Assembly (NCBI GenBank): GCA_012521755.1
Contig: JAAYLV010000105.1
Span: forward strand, 1 to 63,666
Origin: Bacillota bacterium
GTDB lineage: Bacteria; Bacillota; Limnochordia; JAAZLZ01
Direction of reading: 5' to 3'
Length of the DNA: 63,666 nt
The notes beneath the pieces are model-generated. The model saw nothing but the letters and a program-made list of their open reading frames with translations. It searched no databases and had not been told where the DNA came from. The translations under genes and the position numbers were made by a program. Shown piece by piece: positions 46,196 to 61,773 of this stretch (its first letter is position 1; every line of letters begins with the position of its first letter).

Positions 46196-46474
46196 TTGTT
46201 CTTGCATTTAGGCGGCTGTGTTGTTGTCCCTTTGGAGGAGGTGGTGACCATCGTCCAAATTGGACGGGAGGCATCATCGCCCGATACGGCGGCCTTCCTC
46301 AAGGCTGCAGAAAAAGAAGGACTAGTGATGAATATTGCTCCCGATCAGGCCAGTTCCGCCACCGTGACGACCAAGGGTGTCTACCTGTCATCCATCTCGG
46401 CGGCAACTTTGAGCAAGCGCGCGAGGGACCTTGCGCCCCTGCGGGGCGGGCCCCTTGGGGCCACCGGAAGTTGA
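46196..46474 (+). CDS. remB: DUF370 protein (YaaB/RemB-like)
   Basis: 'LHLGG..VVPL.EVV.I' and conserved placement between recF and gyrB. The likely start is the TTG at 46196, just after the recF stop, with GGAGGG upstream. Confidence 0.75.
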   Translation: MFLHLGGCVVVPLEEVVTIVQIGREASSPDTAAFLKAAEKEGLVMNIAPDQASSATVTTKGVYLSSISAATLSKRARDLAPLRGGPLGATGS

Positions 46475-49417
<2,943 letters not shown>

Positions 49418-49436
49418 TAGGATCGAGGTTGGATCG

Positions 49437-51867
<2,431 letters not shown>

Positions 51868-51878
<11 letters not shown>

Positions 51879-52296
51879 AAGCAAAGGGTGTCGGACCTTC
51901 GATCACGGAGGCGATGCGGGCCTTTTTGCCTGGGGCCCCCGCCTTGAAGATGTGTTCGAACAGGCTTTTCTTGGCCTTGTCGACTACATCGTCGAAGGCC
52001 AACAGGTCCGTCCCCAAGAGGAGCGCAGTATACGCCTTGAGGCCCCCGATGGAGAGAGTCTGCTCGTTGAGTGGCTCGGCGAGGCCCTCTTCCTCATCGA
52101 TGGGGAAGGCTGGCTTCCCGGCCGGGTTAAAGTCAAGGTCGGGGAGGGATTTAGCCTCGAGGCGAAAGTGTGGGGTGAGGCAATCGACCCTGAGTGCCAC
52201 TGGATCATCAGGGACGTTAAGGCGGTGACCTACCACGGCTCAAAGCTCCTTCGCGAAGGGGATGCGTGGCAGGCTAAGGTCGTCTTGGATCTCTAG
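51868..52296 (+). CDS. Archease (RtcB activator/chaperone)
   Basis: '[16 protein letters not shown]......L.DYI', 'VKAVTYHG'. The start overlaps the gyrA stop. It sits immediately upstream of rtcB. Confidence 0.8.
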
Positions 52297-52311
52297 TTGG
52301 AGGTGGTGCCC

Positions 52312-53739
52312 ATGGTTTGGGATTTAGAAAAGCTCGATGAATATCGCTGGCAGATACCCCGGGGTTATAAACCGGGGATGCTTGTCCCCGGCCTCATTTT
52401 CATCGATGGGGAGGAGCTGGCCAACCTCAAAGAGGAGGGCCAGGCCCTCGAGCAGGTGGCCAATGCCGCCTGCCTCCCGGGGATCGTCGGCTTCGCCTAT
52501 GCCATGCCCGACATCCACACCGGCTACGGTCTTCCCATCGGCGGGGTGGTGGCGACAAAACTCCCCGATGGGCTGATTACCCCTGGGGGCGTTGGCTACG
52601 ACATTAATTGCGGCGTCCGTCTCCTGGCCACTCCGTGGCGGGAGGAGGACTTGGAGGATAAATGGTCGGATTTGGCCGATGAGCTTTACCGGGCCATTCC
52701 CAGCGGATTGGGGGATAAGGGCGGTCTTAAGATCGCCCAGGGGGATCTGGACCGGGTCCTTTGCCAAGGGGCGGCCTGGGCGGTGGAGCAGGGCATGGGC
52801 AGTCAGGAAGACTTATCGATGAGCGAAGAGGAAGGGGAGATGGCCGGCGCCGACCCTGACGCGGTCAGCCAAAGGGCCAAGAAGCGGGGCCAAGGACAGC
52901 TGGGGACCTTGGGTTCGGGGAACCACTTCGTCGAGGTGCAGGTGGTGGACCGGATCTACCGGGAAGAAGAAGCCAGGGTCATGGGGCTTTCCCAGGGGCA
53001 GGTGGTCGTCATGATTCATTCGGGATCCCGGGGCCTGGGCCATCAAGTCTGCAGCGACTACACCCGCCGGATGGTGGAGGCCATGGGCCGGTACGGCATC
53101 AAGCTGCCAGATCGGCAGCTGGCGGGGGCGCCCTTGAGCAGCCCCGAGGGGAAGCGGTATTTCGGCGCGATGGTGGCCGCGGCCAATTATGCCTGGGCCA
53201 ACCGGCAAGTCCTCACCCACCGGGTCCGGGAGGCCCTGCGCCAGGTGATGGGCCATGGGGAGATCCGGGTAGTCTGGGATGTGGCCCATAACATCGCCAA
53301 GATCGAAGAGCATATAGTAGGTGGAGAGGAGCTCAAGCTTTGCGTGCACCGCAAAGGAGCGACCAGGGCCCTTCCCGGTGGCCATAGCCTCCTCCCGGAG
53401 GTATATCGGGGAATGGGCCAGCCGGTCCTGGTCCCCGGGGATATGGGGAGCGGCTCTTATGTCCTGGTTGGCAATCGAGGCGAAGGCTTTGCCTCGGCCT
53501 GTCACGGCGCCGGACGGCGCCTTAGCCGGGGAGAGGCGAAAAGGCTTCTGCAGCGGGATGAGGTTTTCGCGGAGCTGGCCGAAGCCGGAGTTGAGCTTCG
53601 GGCCGCCAGCCGCCAGGTGGTGCTGGAAGAAGCCCCAACGGCCTACAAGGATGTGGATGAGGTGGTCCGCATCTCGGAAGGTGCAGGCCTTACGCGGCAG
53701 GTCCTGCGTCTTGCCCCGCGGTGCGTTATCAAAGGATGA
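52312..53739 (+). CDS. rtcB: RNA 3'-phosphate ligase RtcB
   Basis: 'MPDIHTGYGLPIGGV', 'GYDINCGVR', 'LGSGNHFVEVQ', 'HSGSRGLGHQ', 'AHN'. ATG at 52312 after GGAGGTGG. Confidence 0.93.
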   Translation: MVWDLEKLDEYRWQIPRGYKPGMLVPGLIFIDGEELANLKEEGQALEQVANAACLPGIVGFAYAMPDIHTGYGLPIGGVVATKLPDGLITPGGVGYDINCGVRLLATPWREEDLEDKWSDLADELYRAIPSGLGDKGGLKIAQGDLDRVLCQGAAWAVEQGMGSQEDLSMSEEEGEMAGADPDAVSQRAKKRGQGQLGTLGSGNHFVEVQVVDRIYREEEARVMGLSQGQVVVMIHSGSRGLGHQVCSDYTRRMVEAMGRYGIKLPDRQLAGAPLSSPEGKRYFGAMVAAANYAWANRQVLTHRVREALRQVMGHGEIRVVWDVAHNIAKIEEHIVGGEELKLCVHRKGATRALPGGHSLLPEVYRGMGQPVLVPGDMGSGSYVLVGNRGEGFASACHGAGRRLSRGEAKRLLQRDEVFAELAEAGVELRAASRQVVLEEAPTAYKDVDEVVRISEGAGLTRQVLRLAPRCVIKG

Positions 53740-53743
53740 AGGG

Positions 53744-54145
53744 ATGGGGATGAGGATGAAAGAGGAGCTTGCCAGGAAGATCGGGGAGCTGGCCGAGGCC
53801 CTGCGGCAGACCGATGAGTACAAGCGCTTGGCTGCTACCCGGGAAGAGGTGGAAAAGCGGGAGGCCGCCAAGCTGATGCTCGAAGACATCCAGCGCAAGC
53901 AGGCGGCCCTGCAAAAAGCCGCCGCGGAGGGCAAGGACGTGAAGGAACTGGAAGAATCCTTTCGCCAGAGCGTCACCGTTGCCAATTACAACCCTTACGT
54001 CAGGGAGCTCATGGAGGCGGAGCTCGTCTTCGCCGACCTTTTCTTCCGGGTAGAGGCTGCCTTGGCCCAAGCCCTCGCCAAGGATCCGCCCCCGGCCAAA
54101 TCAAGTCGGCTGTGGGTGCCGGGCCGCGGGTCATCTGACTCCTAG
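53744..54145 (+). CDS. YlbF/YmcA-family (YheA-like, DUF963) helical regulator-like protein
   Basis: 'L...I.....Y.RL...REEVEKREAAKLMLEDIQRKQAALQ' and 'NPYVRELMEAE..F..L' fit the family pattern as I recall it. Only the 3' part of the 53321 track ORF, after the rtcB stop, is taken as real. Confidence 0.6.
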   Translation: MGMRMKEELARKIGELAEALRQTDEYKRLAATREEVEKREAAKLMLEDIQRKQAALQKAAAEGKDVKELEESFRQSVTVANYNPYVRELMEAELVFADLFFRVEAALAQALAKDPPPAKSSRLWVPGRGSSDS

Positions 54146-54397
54146 AAAAATGAGGAGGACGCCGAAGAGGACGATGATATAGCGGTCCCAGTCCACCTGT
54201 CCAGCCAGGGCCACCAGGCCCAGGCTGCTGACCAAAAGCAGGATCGTTGGGCCGATCATCCCTAGGATCGCATTGATGCGCAGGGCCGCGTCGACCCGGC
54301 GGTAATGGAGCATGAGCAGGGCAGCGCCGATTTCAATCCCTCCCGCGATGATCCGCAGGAGGGCCATCCCGGAAACCAGCTTCGTCTCCATCCCCAT
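54131..54397 (-). CDS. Small three-TM membrane protein (possibly DUF2619/YqhV-like)
   Basis: 88 aa with three hydrophobic segments. The family assignment is from memory only. Confidence 0.45.
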   Translation of the reverse strand: MGMETKLVSGMALLRIIAGGIEIGAALLMLHYRRVDAALRINAILGMIGPTILLLVSSLGLVALAGQVDWDRYIIVLFGVLLIFLGVR

Positions 54398-54527
54398 CCC
54401 CCTTTCCCTAATGGGTATGACCTGTTGGTGGGAAAGATGCCGCAGAAATTTTATTTTCGCCGGCAGGAACTTGACAGATTGTGTTGAATACCCAGTGAAG
54501 CTTCTAATTGAGAGGAGTTGAGCTGAG

Positions 54528-55880
54528 ATGAGTCAGAGCAAGATCCTATTAGCCGAGCAGGAGATCCCAAGGCAGTGGTACAACATCCAGGCGGATATGA
54601 CCAACCTTCCGCCGCCGCCCCTCCATCCGGGCACGAAAAGGCCGGCAGCCGCCGAAGACTTCGCCCCTTTGTTTCCTCCGGCCCTGATCGAACAAGAGAT
54701 GAGCACAGAGCGCTGGATCGACATACCCGAGGAGGTATTGGCGATCTACCGTCTGTGGAGGCCATCGCCCCTATTTCGGGCCCACCGGTTGGAGAAGGCC
54801 CTCGGCACCCCGGCTCGCATCTACTACAAGTATGAAGGGGTAAGCCCGGCGGGGAGCCACAAGCCCAACACCGCGGTCCCTCAAGCCTATTACAACAAGC
54901 AGGCGGGGGTAAAGCGGCTGTCGACGGAGACGGGCGCGGGGCAGTGGGGAAGCGCGCTGAGTCTGGCATGCAGCTTCTTTGGCCTGGAGTGCACCGTGTA
55001 CATGGTGAAGGTGAGCTTCCAGCAAAAGCCCTACCGGCGCTCCCTCATGGAGACCTGGGGGGCGGAAGTGATCCCAAGTCCCTCCGACCGGACGGAGGCG
55101 GGCCGGAAGGTCTTAGCCAAGGACCCCGACTCTCCCGGGAGCCTGGGAATTGCCATCAGCGAAGCCGTGGAGGATGCGGTCCTCAGGGAGGATACGCGGT
55201 ATTCATTGGGCAGCGTCCTCAACCACGTCATGCTCCACCAAACCATCATCGGCCTTGAGGCGAAAAAGCAGCTCGCCCTGGTTGACGACTATCCGGACGT
55301 GGTGATCGGCTGCTGCGGCGGCGGGAGCAACTTCAGCGGACTGGCCTTTCCTTTCCTCGCGGATAAGTTCGCGGGCCGGAAGGTCCGGGCGGTGGCCGTT
55401 GAGCCGGCTGCTTGTCCTTCCCTGACCAAGGGGACCTTGGCTTATGATTTTGGCGACACGGTGGGCCTCACGCCGCTGTTGATGATGTACACCTTAGGCC
55501 ATTCCTTCGTGCCGCCGACGATCCATGCCGGAGGTCTGCGCTATCACGGCGCATCGCCCCTCGTCAGCCAGCTCTACCGGGATGGCCTGATTGAAGCGGC
55601 CGCCTATCCCCAAGGGGACGTGTTTGCCAGCGCCGTGCTTTTTGCCCGTACCGAAGGGATCCTGCCGGCCCCCGAGTCGGCCCATGCCATCCATGGCGCC
55701 ATTGAAGAGGCCAAGGAGTGCGCCAAAACGGGCGAGCCGCGGACGATCCTGTTTTGCCTGAGCGGCCACGGCCACTTCGATCTGGCATCTTATGATGCTT
55801 ACCTCAGCGGCAAGCTGGAGAATGCCTACTATGCGGAGGAGGAAAGCAAACGGGCCTTGGCGGAACTACCGGAAGTATGA
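54528..55880 (+). CDS. trpB2: TrpB-like PLP-dependent enzyme (tryptophan synthase beta, type 2 / TrpB2)
   Basis: '[12 protein letters not shown]', '[19 protein letters not shown]' (PLP lysine), '[13 protein letters not shown]', 'GCCGGGSNF'. No other trp genes are nearby. Confidence 0.88.
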   Translation: MSQSKILLAEQEIPRQWYNIQADMTNLPPPPLHPGTKRPAAAEDFAPLFPPALIEQEMSTERWIDIPEEVLAIYRLWRPSPLFRAHRLEKALGTPARIYYKYEGVSPAGSHKPNTAVPQAYYNKQAGVKRLSTETGAGQWGSALSLACSFFGLECTVYMVKVSFQQKPYRRSLMETWGAEVIPSPSDRTEAGRKVLAKDPDSPGSLGIAISEAVEDAVLREDTRYSLGSVLNHVMLHQTIIGLEAKKQLALVDDYPDVVIGCCGGGSNFSGLAFPFLADKFAGRKVRAVAVEPAACPSLTKGTLAYDFGDTVGLTPLLMMYTLGHSFVPPTIHAGGLRYHGASPLVSQLYRDGLIEAAAYPQGDVFASAVLFARTEGILPAPESAHAIHGAIEEAKECAKTGEPRTILFCLSGHGHFDLASYDAYLSGKLENAYYAEEESKRALAELPEV

Positions 55881-55885
55881 GACGA

Positions 55886-55911
55886 AGGCGGGTTAACCCC
55901 CGCCTTTTTTT
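55886..55911 (+). terminator. Rho-independent terminator after trpB2
   Basis: aggcggg-ttaac-ccccgcc followed by T7. Confidence 0.8.
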
Positions 55912-55989
55912 GATCCGCGGCCATCGCGGCGAAAGGATTCCCCGCCCCTTGCCGAAAAATCTAGTAGGACGCGAATTGGGAGGCCTGTC

Positions 55990-57021
55990 ATGGGACGCGT
56001 TTTCCAAGAGAGGCTGACTCGCTTCAGCGAGCTGCCGAAGGTCCCTGCTTTCATCCTCGTCCTGCTCCTCCTGGTGGGGAGCTGGACGGCGAGCTATTAC
56101 ACCGGGGGCACCAAGCATGCATACCCCCACTTGTTTTATGTGCCGATCCTTTTGGGAGCTTATTTCTTCCGCGTGCCCGGCGCTTGGCTGACCGCGGCCG
56201 CCGCGGGGATCTTGGCGGGGCCCTTGATGCCTTTGGATGTCGACGCCGGCATCGCCCAGCCCTTGGGGTTGTGGCTGTTTCGGATGGGCTTTTTTCTGCT
56301 CATCGGCCTTCTCACCGCGGTGCTTTTTTCCCAGCTCGACCGGCGCCTTGCCGAGGTCAACGAGCTGATGGAGGCCCTCGCCCAGCACCACGTGCGCACC
56401 TTGATGGTCCTTGCCCAATTGCATGAGCTGCGGGATACGAGCACCCAGGGCCATTCCCAGCGGGTGGCGATCAATGCCCTGCGCATCGGACAGCGACTGG
56501 GGCTGAAGGGGGAGGATCTCCACAACCTCTATTGGGCGGGCCTGCTCCACGACTTGGGCAAAATCCTGGTCCCCGACGGCATCCTGCTCAAGGAAGGCCC
56601 CCTTACGGAAAGCGAGTTCCTTGAGATCCAGAAGCATCCGGCCTTTGGGGCCGAGACCCTAGAGGGCATCTCCGATGGGTTTCAGGCGGTGGCCGAGGGC
56701 ATTAGGTCCCACCATGAGCGATGGGACGGCCACGGTTATCCTAAAGGGGTCAAGGGCAAGGATATTCCCCTTGCCGGCCGCATCATCGCCGTGGCCGACG
56801 TCTTCGAGGCTTTGACCAACGATCGGGCTTATCGAGTGGCTCTGCCGGTGGAGCTAGCCTTAGCTTACATCCAGCGGGAAGTGGGCCTGCAGTTCGATCC
56901 CGAGGTGGTCCAGGCTTTCCTCGAGCTTCACCGGGCCGGCCAGATAAGCATTTCCCTCCATCCTGGAGACATCTTTCAGTCCCTGGGCGAGATCGGTCGC
57001 CACTTTCCCGGCCGGCGATGA
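55990..57021 (+). CDS. Membrane-anchored HD-GYP domain protein (putative c-di-GMP phosphodiesterase)
   Basis: About 115 aa of N-terminal hydrophobic helices, then 'HSQRVA', 'LLHDLGK', 'HHERWDGHGYPKG'. Confidence 0.88.
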   Translation: MGRVFQERLTRFSELPKVPAFILVLLLLVGSWTASYYTGGTKHAYPHLFYVPILLGAYFFRVPGAWLTAAAAGILAGPLMPLDVDAGIAQPLGLWLFRMGFFLLIGLLTAVLFSQLDRRLAEVNELMEALAQHHVRTLMVLAQLHELRDTSTQGHSQRVAINALRIGQRLGLKGEDLHNLYWAGLLHDLGKILVPDGILLKEGPLTESEFLEIQKHPAFGAETLEGISDGFQAVAEGIRSHHERWDGHGYPKGVKGKDIPLAGRIIAVADVFEALTNDRAYRVALPVELALAYIQREVGLQFDPEVVQAFLELHRAGQISISLHPGDIFQSLGEIGRHFPGRR

Positions 57022-57126
57022 CCAAGTCTGGCGGCGGAGCAAATCTTCCTTGATGGAAAGACCGGGGTCCCGCCATAAGTGAAAGGGAGGCCTGTTGCAA
57101 GGCCAGGAGGGGCGGGCCTTGGCCGA

Positions 57127-57155
57127 TTGTGGATATTTTTCAGGTATGTTATACT
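57127..57155 (+). promoter_or_regulatory. Promoter candidate for glyA (extended -10)
   Basis: TTGTGG (57127-57132), a 17-nt spacer ending in TGt, then TATACT (57150-57155). Confidence 0.4.
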
Positions 57156-57208
57156 ATGGATGCAATAACAAAGGGGGGGCCTTTTTTCCTCTAGAGAGAG
57201 GGGAGCGA

Positions 57209-58453
57209 TTGCAGTTGTATGACGTCGTTCGACAGGTGGATCCGGAAGTTGCTGAGGCGCTGGATGGGGAGCTGCGCCGTCAGCGGGAGAAGATCGAACT
57301 GATCGCTTCGGAGAACTTTGTCAGTCGCGCGGTGTTGGAGGCCCAAGGCTCAGTATTGACCAACAAGTATGCGGAGGGGTATCCCGGCCGGCGCTATTAT
57401 GGCGGCTGCGAGTATGTGGATATCCCCGAGTCCCTGGCCATCAAGAGGGCCAAGGAGCTCTTCGGGGCAGAACATGCCAACGTCCAGCCCCACTCGGGAG
57501 CCCAGGCCAACATGGGCGTGTACTTTGCGGTCCTCAGGCCCGGGGATACGGTGATGGGCATGAATTTGTCCCATGGGGGCCATCTGACCCACGGCAGCCC
57601 GGTGAACTTTTCCGGCGTCTGGTTCAATTTCGTCCATTACGGCGTGAGCAAAGAGACGGAAATGCTCGATTACGATGAAATCCTGCGATTGGCCAAAGAA
57701 CACCGTCCCAAGCTCCTCGTTGCCGGGGGCAGCGCTTATCCCCGGGTGATCGATTTTGCCCGCCTGCGGGAAATCTGTGATGAGGTTGGCTGCATGTTGA
57801 TGGTGGACATGGCCCACATCGCGGGGCTGGTGGCGGTGGGACTCCATCCTTCCCCCGTTCCCTACGCGGAGTTTGTGACCACAACTACCCACAAGACCCT
57901 CCGGGGGCCCCGGGGCGGGATGATTTTGTGCAAGGAGGAGTATGGGAAGGACATCGATAAGGCCATCTTCCCCGGGATCCAAGGCGGTCCCTTGATGCAC
58001 GTGATTGCGGCCAAGGCCGTTGCCTTGAAAGAAGCCCAAAGCCCAGAGTTTAGGACATATCAAGAGCAAATCGTCAAGAATGCCAAGGCATTGGCCGGGG
58101 GTCTCCTTAAGCAGGGCTTCCGCTTGGTCTCGGGCGGCACCGACAACCACTTGATGTTGGTTGACACAAAAGTTAAAGGTCTAACAGGCAGAGAAGCCGA
58201 AAGTCTACTCGATGAAGTGGGCATCACGGTCAACAAGAATACGATTCCCTTCGACCAGGAGAGTCCTTTCGTTACCAGCGGGATCCGGCTGGGGACGCCG
58301 GCGGTGACGACCCGGGGGATGGGGGAGGGGGAGATGATGGAAATCGCTTCGATCATCGGCGACGTCCTCTCCAATCCTCAGGATGAAAAGGTCCACGCGG
58401 CGGCGAAGGAGAAGGTGGCTGACCTTTGTCAAAGGTTTCCCCTGTATGCTTAA
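57209..58453 (+). CDS. glyA: Serine hydroxymethyltransferase
   Basis: 'IELIASENF', '[12 protein letters not shown]', PLP lysine '[12 protein letters not shown]'. The likely start is a TTG at 57209 or 57215 after GAGGGGAG. The track ORF's upstream 38 aa look spurious. Confidence 0.93.
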   Translation: MQLYDVVRQVDPEVAEALDGELRRQREKIELIASENFVSRAVLEAQGSVLTNKYAEGYPGRRYYGGCEYVDIPESLAIKRAKELFGAEHANVQPHSGAQANMGVYFAVLRPGDTVMGMNLSHGGHLTHGSPVNFSGVWFNFVHYGVSKETEMLDYDEILRLAKEHRPKLLVAGGSAYPRVIDFARLREICDEVGCMLMVDMAHIAGLVAVGLHPSPVPYAEFVTTTTHKTLRGPRGGMILCKEEYGKDIDKAIFPGIQGGPLMHVIAAKAVALKEAQSPEFRTYQEQIVKNAKALAGGLLKQGFRLVSGGTDNHLMLVDTKVKGLTGREAESLLDEVGITVNKNTIPFDQESPFVTSGIRLGTPAVTTRGMGEGEMMEIASIIGDVLSNPQDEKVHAAAKEKVADLCQRFPLYA

Positions 58454-58467
58454 GGGTCCCCAGGGGG

Positions 58468-58487
58468 CCCAGGCCGAGGGGCCTGGG
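58468..58487 (+). terminator. Hairpin after glyA (weak terminator candidate)
   Basis: cccaggcc-gagg-ggcctggg. The downstream tract (tccgttcgagttt) is only weakly T-rich. Confidence 0.3.
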
Positions 58488-58649
58488 TCCGTTCGAGTTT
58501 GCTCCAGTTGGCACAAATTATGGTAAACTAGAATGGAGCAGCAGGATTCAGGGAGTGTAATGCGAAGGTTGATCTGGGGATTCTAATACCTGAGGGCGCT
58601 AGCAGGGGATTTTATTTGGACAAAATCCTATCGGAAGGAGGAACAGCTA

Positions 58650-59231
58650 GTGGCAAGAATGCTTGAAGTCCGCTGGCACGGCCGCGGTGGACAAGGGGCG
58701 AAAACAGCGGCCCTTCTGTTCGCCGAGGCGGCGGCAGCGGCGGGTAAACGCGTCCAAGCCTTTCCTGAGTACGGCCCCGAGCGAATGGGGGCTCCGGTAA
58801 CGTCCTACAACCGCGTCAGCGATGAGGAGATTACTCTTCACAGTGGGGTGACAAGCCCCGATTTCGTTGTCGTCCTCGATGCGACTCTGATCGACACCGG
58901 CAAGGTGACGGAGGGGATTCCCGAGGACGGGGTCATCGTCATCAACACGCCCCAATCCCCCGAGGAGATGAGGCAGCAGCTGGGGCTCGGCGAGGATTCC
59001 AAGGTTAAGGTGTTCACCGTCGATGCAGACACCATCTCCAAGGAGACCATCGGCCGCGTCATTCCCAACACCCCAATGCTGGGGGCCTTGATCAAGGCGA
59101 CGGGAGTGCTGGACCTGGAGGATCTCCTTGAGGATACAAAACGCAAGCTGGAGCAGAAGTTCCGCAACCGGCCTGAGATCATCCAGGGCAACCTGGAGGC
59201 CATTCGGCGCGCCTACCAGGAGGTGAAGTAG
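58650..59231 (+). CDS. porC: 2-oxoacid (pyruvate-type):ferredoxin oxidoreductase, gamma subunit
   Basis: 'RWHGRGGQGAKTAA.LFA' and the gamma-delta-alpha-beta gene order. Confidence 0.88.
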   Translation: MARMLEVRWHGRGGQGAKTAALLFAEAAAAAGKRVQAFPEYGPERMGAPVTSYNRVSDEEITLHSGVTSPDFVVVLDATLIDTGKVTEGIPEDGVIVINTPQSPEEMRQQLGLGEDSKVKVFTVDADTISKETIGRVIPNTPMLGALIKATGVLDLEDLLEDTKRKLEQKFRNRPEIIQGNLEAIRRAYQEVK

Positions 59232-59233
59232 TA

Positions 59234-59554
59234 ATGGCAGTTAAAGAAAAGCCTGTGGCCCAGGAAGTGCAAAAGCCCGGGTGGAAGAGCATCCCCATCG
59301 GGGGCTTAATTTTGCGCGGAGGCACTGCCGCCGAATTCCACACCGGCGACTGGCGGACCGAGAAGCCAATTTGGGACGGGGAGAAGTGCACCAACTGCTA
59401 TCTTTGCTGGGTGTACTGCCCTGATACGTCCATCTTGCTGGAAGACGGCAAGGTAGTGGGAGTCGATTACGACCATTGCAAGGGCTGCGGCATTTGCGCC
59501 GCGGTGTGTCCGCCGAAGGTGCGGGCCATCGAGATGGTCCCCGATAGAGACTAA
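59234..59554 (+). CDS. porD: 2-oxoacid:ferredoxin oxidoreductase, delta subunit (2x[4Fe-4S] ferredoxin-like)
   Basis: 'CTNCYLCWVYCP' and 'CKGCGICAAVCP'. Confidence 0.9.
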   Translation: MAVKEKPVAQEVQKPGWKSIPIGGLILRGGTAAEFHTGDWRTEKPIWDGEKCTNCYLCWVYCPDTSILLEDGKVVGVDYDHCKGCGICAAVCPPKVRAIEMVPDRD

Positions 59555-59577
59555 GCATGTGAAGGAGGGAACGATAC

Positions 59578-60786
59578 ATGGGCAACTCTGCCCTCGCCAA
59601 CGAGGCAGTTAAGAGCGTAGCCTTGACCGGAAATGAGGCAGTAGCCACGGCCATGCGGCAAATCCATCCGGATGTGGTGGCTGCCTATCCGATCACTCCC
59701 CAGACGGAGATAGTCCAGATTTTCTCGACCTTTGTGGCCGATGGCCTGGTGCAGACGGAATTCGTGCCGGTGGAAAGCGAGCATTCCGCCATGAGCGCCA
59801 CCGTCGGGGCATCTGCGGCCGGCGCCCGGGCCATGACGGCAACTTCCGCTAATGGCTTGGCCCTCATGTGGGAAGTATTGTATATCGCCGCGGGATTGCG
59901 GCTGCCCATCGTGATGCCGGTGGTGAACCGGGCCCTCAGCGCCCCCATCAATATCCACTGCGATCACAGCGATACCATGGGCGCCCGGGATTCGGGCTGG
60001 ATCCAGCTCTACTCGGAAAATGCCCAGGAGGCTTATGATAATCTGATTCAGGCGGTGAGGATCGCCGAGCATCCTGAGGTGAACCTCCCGGTGATGGTGA
60101 TGATGGACGGGTTCATCATCAGCCACGGGATGGAGAACGTCTTTCTCCTCTCCGATGAAGAGGTAAGGAAGTTCGTGGGCGAGCGCAAACCCCACTACAC
60201 CTTGCTGGATGCAGAGAACCCCATCACCGTGGGTCCCTTGGATCTGCAGGACTTCTACTTCGAGCACCGCAGGCAGCAGGCGGAGGCCATGTTCAACGCG
60301 GACAAGGTGGTCCAGGAAGTGGCTGATGAGTTCGCGAAGCTCTCCGGCCGCCAGTACGAGTTTTTCGAAGCCTACAAGCTCGATGATGCGGAGATGGCCA
60401 TCGTGGTCATCGGCTCCACGGCGGGGACGGCGAAGTATGTGGTGAATGAACTGCGGGCCAAGGGAGTCAAGGCGGGCCTGCTTAAGATGCGCATGTTCCG
60501 TCCCTTCCCGGCGGCGCGCCTTCGCGAGGCTTTGGCGGATATCCCCGCAGTGGCGGTGATGGACCGGGCGGACAGCCTGGCAGCCTGTGGAGGGCCCCTC
60601 TTTGGGGATCTTCGGGCAGCCCTCTATAGCGCCAGCAAGCGTCCTTTGATGAACAACTACATCTACGGTCTTGGGGGACGGGACGTGACCCTCGATCACA
60701 TCCGGACCGTCTATCAGGATCTGGAGGAGATGCTGCGGACCGGCGAAGTTAAGAGGGAAATCAACTACCTAGGTGTGCGGGAGTAA
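59578..60786 (+). CDS. porA: 2-oxoacid:ferredoxin oxidoreductase, alpha subunit
   Basis: 'LTGNEAVA.AMRQI.PDVVAAYPITPQTEI', 'ESEHSAMSA'. Confidence 0.9.
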   Translation: MGNSALANEAVKSVALTGNEAVATAMRQIHPDVVAAYPITPQTEIVQIFSTFVADGLVQTEFVPVESEHSAMSATVGASAAGARAMTATSANGLALMWEVLYIAAGLRLPIVMPVVNRALSAPINIHCDHSDTMGARDSGWIQLYSENAQEAYDNLIQAVRIAEHPEVNLPVMVMMDGFIISHGMENVFLLSDEEVRKFVGERKPHYTLLDAENPITVGPLDLQDFYFEHRRQQAEAMFNADKVVQEVADEFAKLSGRQYEFFEAYKLDDAEMAIVVIGSTAGTAKYVVNELRAKGVKAGLLKMRMFRPFPAARLREALADIPAVAVMDRADSLAACGGPLFGDLRAALYSASKRPLMNNYIYGLGGRDVTLDHIRTVYQDLEEMLRTGEVKREINYLGVRE

Positions 60787-60805
60787 ATCCCGGGAGGTGA
60801 ATTGA

Positions 60806-61744
60806 GTGGCCACTTTGAAAGAAATGGCAAGCAAAGAGGAACTGTTCACCGGCGGGCATCGCGCCTGTGCGGGGTGCGCCTTCCCCATTGCCGCGAAACT
60901 GGCCTTGAAGGCGGCGAACAACCCGGTGGTAGTGGCTTGCGCGACTGGCTGCATGGAAGTTGCCACGACCATTTATCCATATACCGCGTGGAAGTCTTCC
61001 TTCATCCACAGCGCCTTTGAGAACGCTGCGGCGACCATCAGCGGCGTTGAGGCGGCCTGGCAGGCCCTTACCCGCAAGGGCAAGCTCGATCAGAAATTCG
61101 ACCTGATCGCCTTTGGCGGCGATGGGGGAACGTACGACATCGGCTTTCAGGCCCTGTCGGGGGCGATGGAGCGGGGCCACAACATTCTCTACATCTGCTA
61201 TGACAACGGCGCCTACATGAATACTGGCGTCCAGCGCTCCAGCGCGACTCCCTTTGGCACCCACACGACAACATCGCCGGCCGGCCGGGTGCAACAAGGG
61301 AAGAGGCAGCTGCGCAAGGATCTGACCCAGATCATCGCGGCCCACGGAGTGCCCTATGTTGCCCAAACAACCACCGGCCATTGGAGCGACTACGTCAAGA
61401 AGGTAGAAAAGGCCTTGGCCGTTGATGGACCGGCCTTCATCAACGTGCTTGCTCCCTGTCGGCTGGGCTGGGGCTATCCGCCGGAAGACACCGTCAAGAT
61501 CGCCCAAGAAGCGGTTCAGTGCTGCTTCTGGCCTGCTTATGAAGTGGAGAATGGCGTCTGGCGGATCACCGTCAAGGTGCGGGAGAAGACCCCGGTGGCC
61601 GACTGGTTGAAAAAGCAAGCCCGGTTCCGCCATCTCTTCCGGCCAGGCAATGAAGGGCTCCTGGAAGAGATCCAGGCGGAAGTCGATCGCAAGTGGGCTG
61701 AATTGCTCAAGCGCACTGAGGAGAGCGCCGAGCTGTCCGCTTAA
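60806..61744 (+). CDS. porB: 2-oxoacid:ferredoxin oxidoreductase, beta subunit (TPP-binding)
   Basis: 'GHRACAGCA', 'AFGGDGGTYDIGFQALSGA', 'ICYDNGAYMNTG'. Confidence 0.9.
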   Translation: MATLKEMASKEELFTGGHRACAGCAFPIAAKLALKAANNPVVVACATGCMEVATTIYPYTAWKSSFIHSAFENAAATISGVEAAWQALTRKGKLDQKFDLIAFGGDGGTYDIGFQALSGAMERGHNILYICYDNGAYMNTGVQRSSATPFGTHTTTSPAGRVQQGKRQLRKDLTQIIAAHGVPYVAQTTTGHWSDYVKKVEKALAVDGPAFINVLAPCRLGWGYPPEDTVKIAQEAVQCCFWPAYEVENGVWRITVKVREKTPVADWLKKQARFRHLFRPGNEGLLEEIQAEVDRKWAELLKRTEESAELSA

Positions 61745-61773
61745 GAAGACTATCGACAGGAGGTGGCTCGCTG

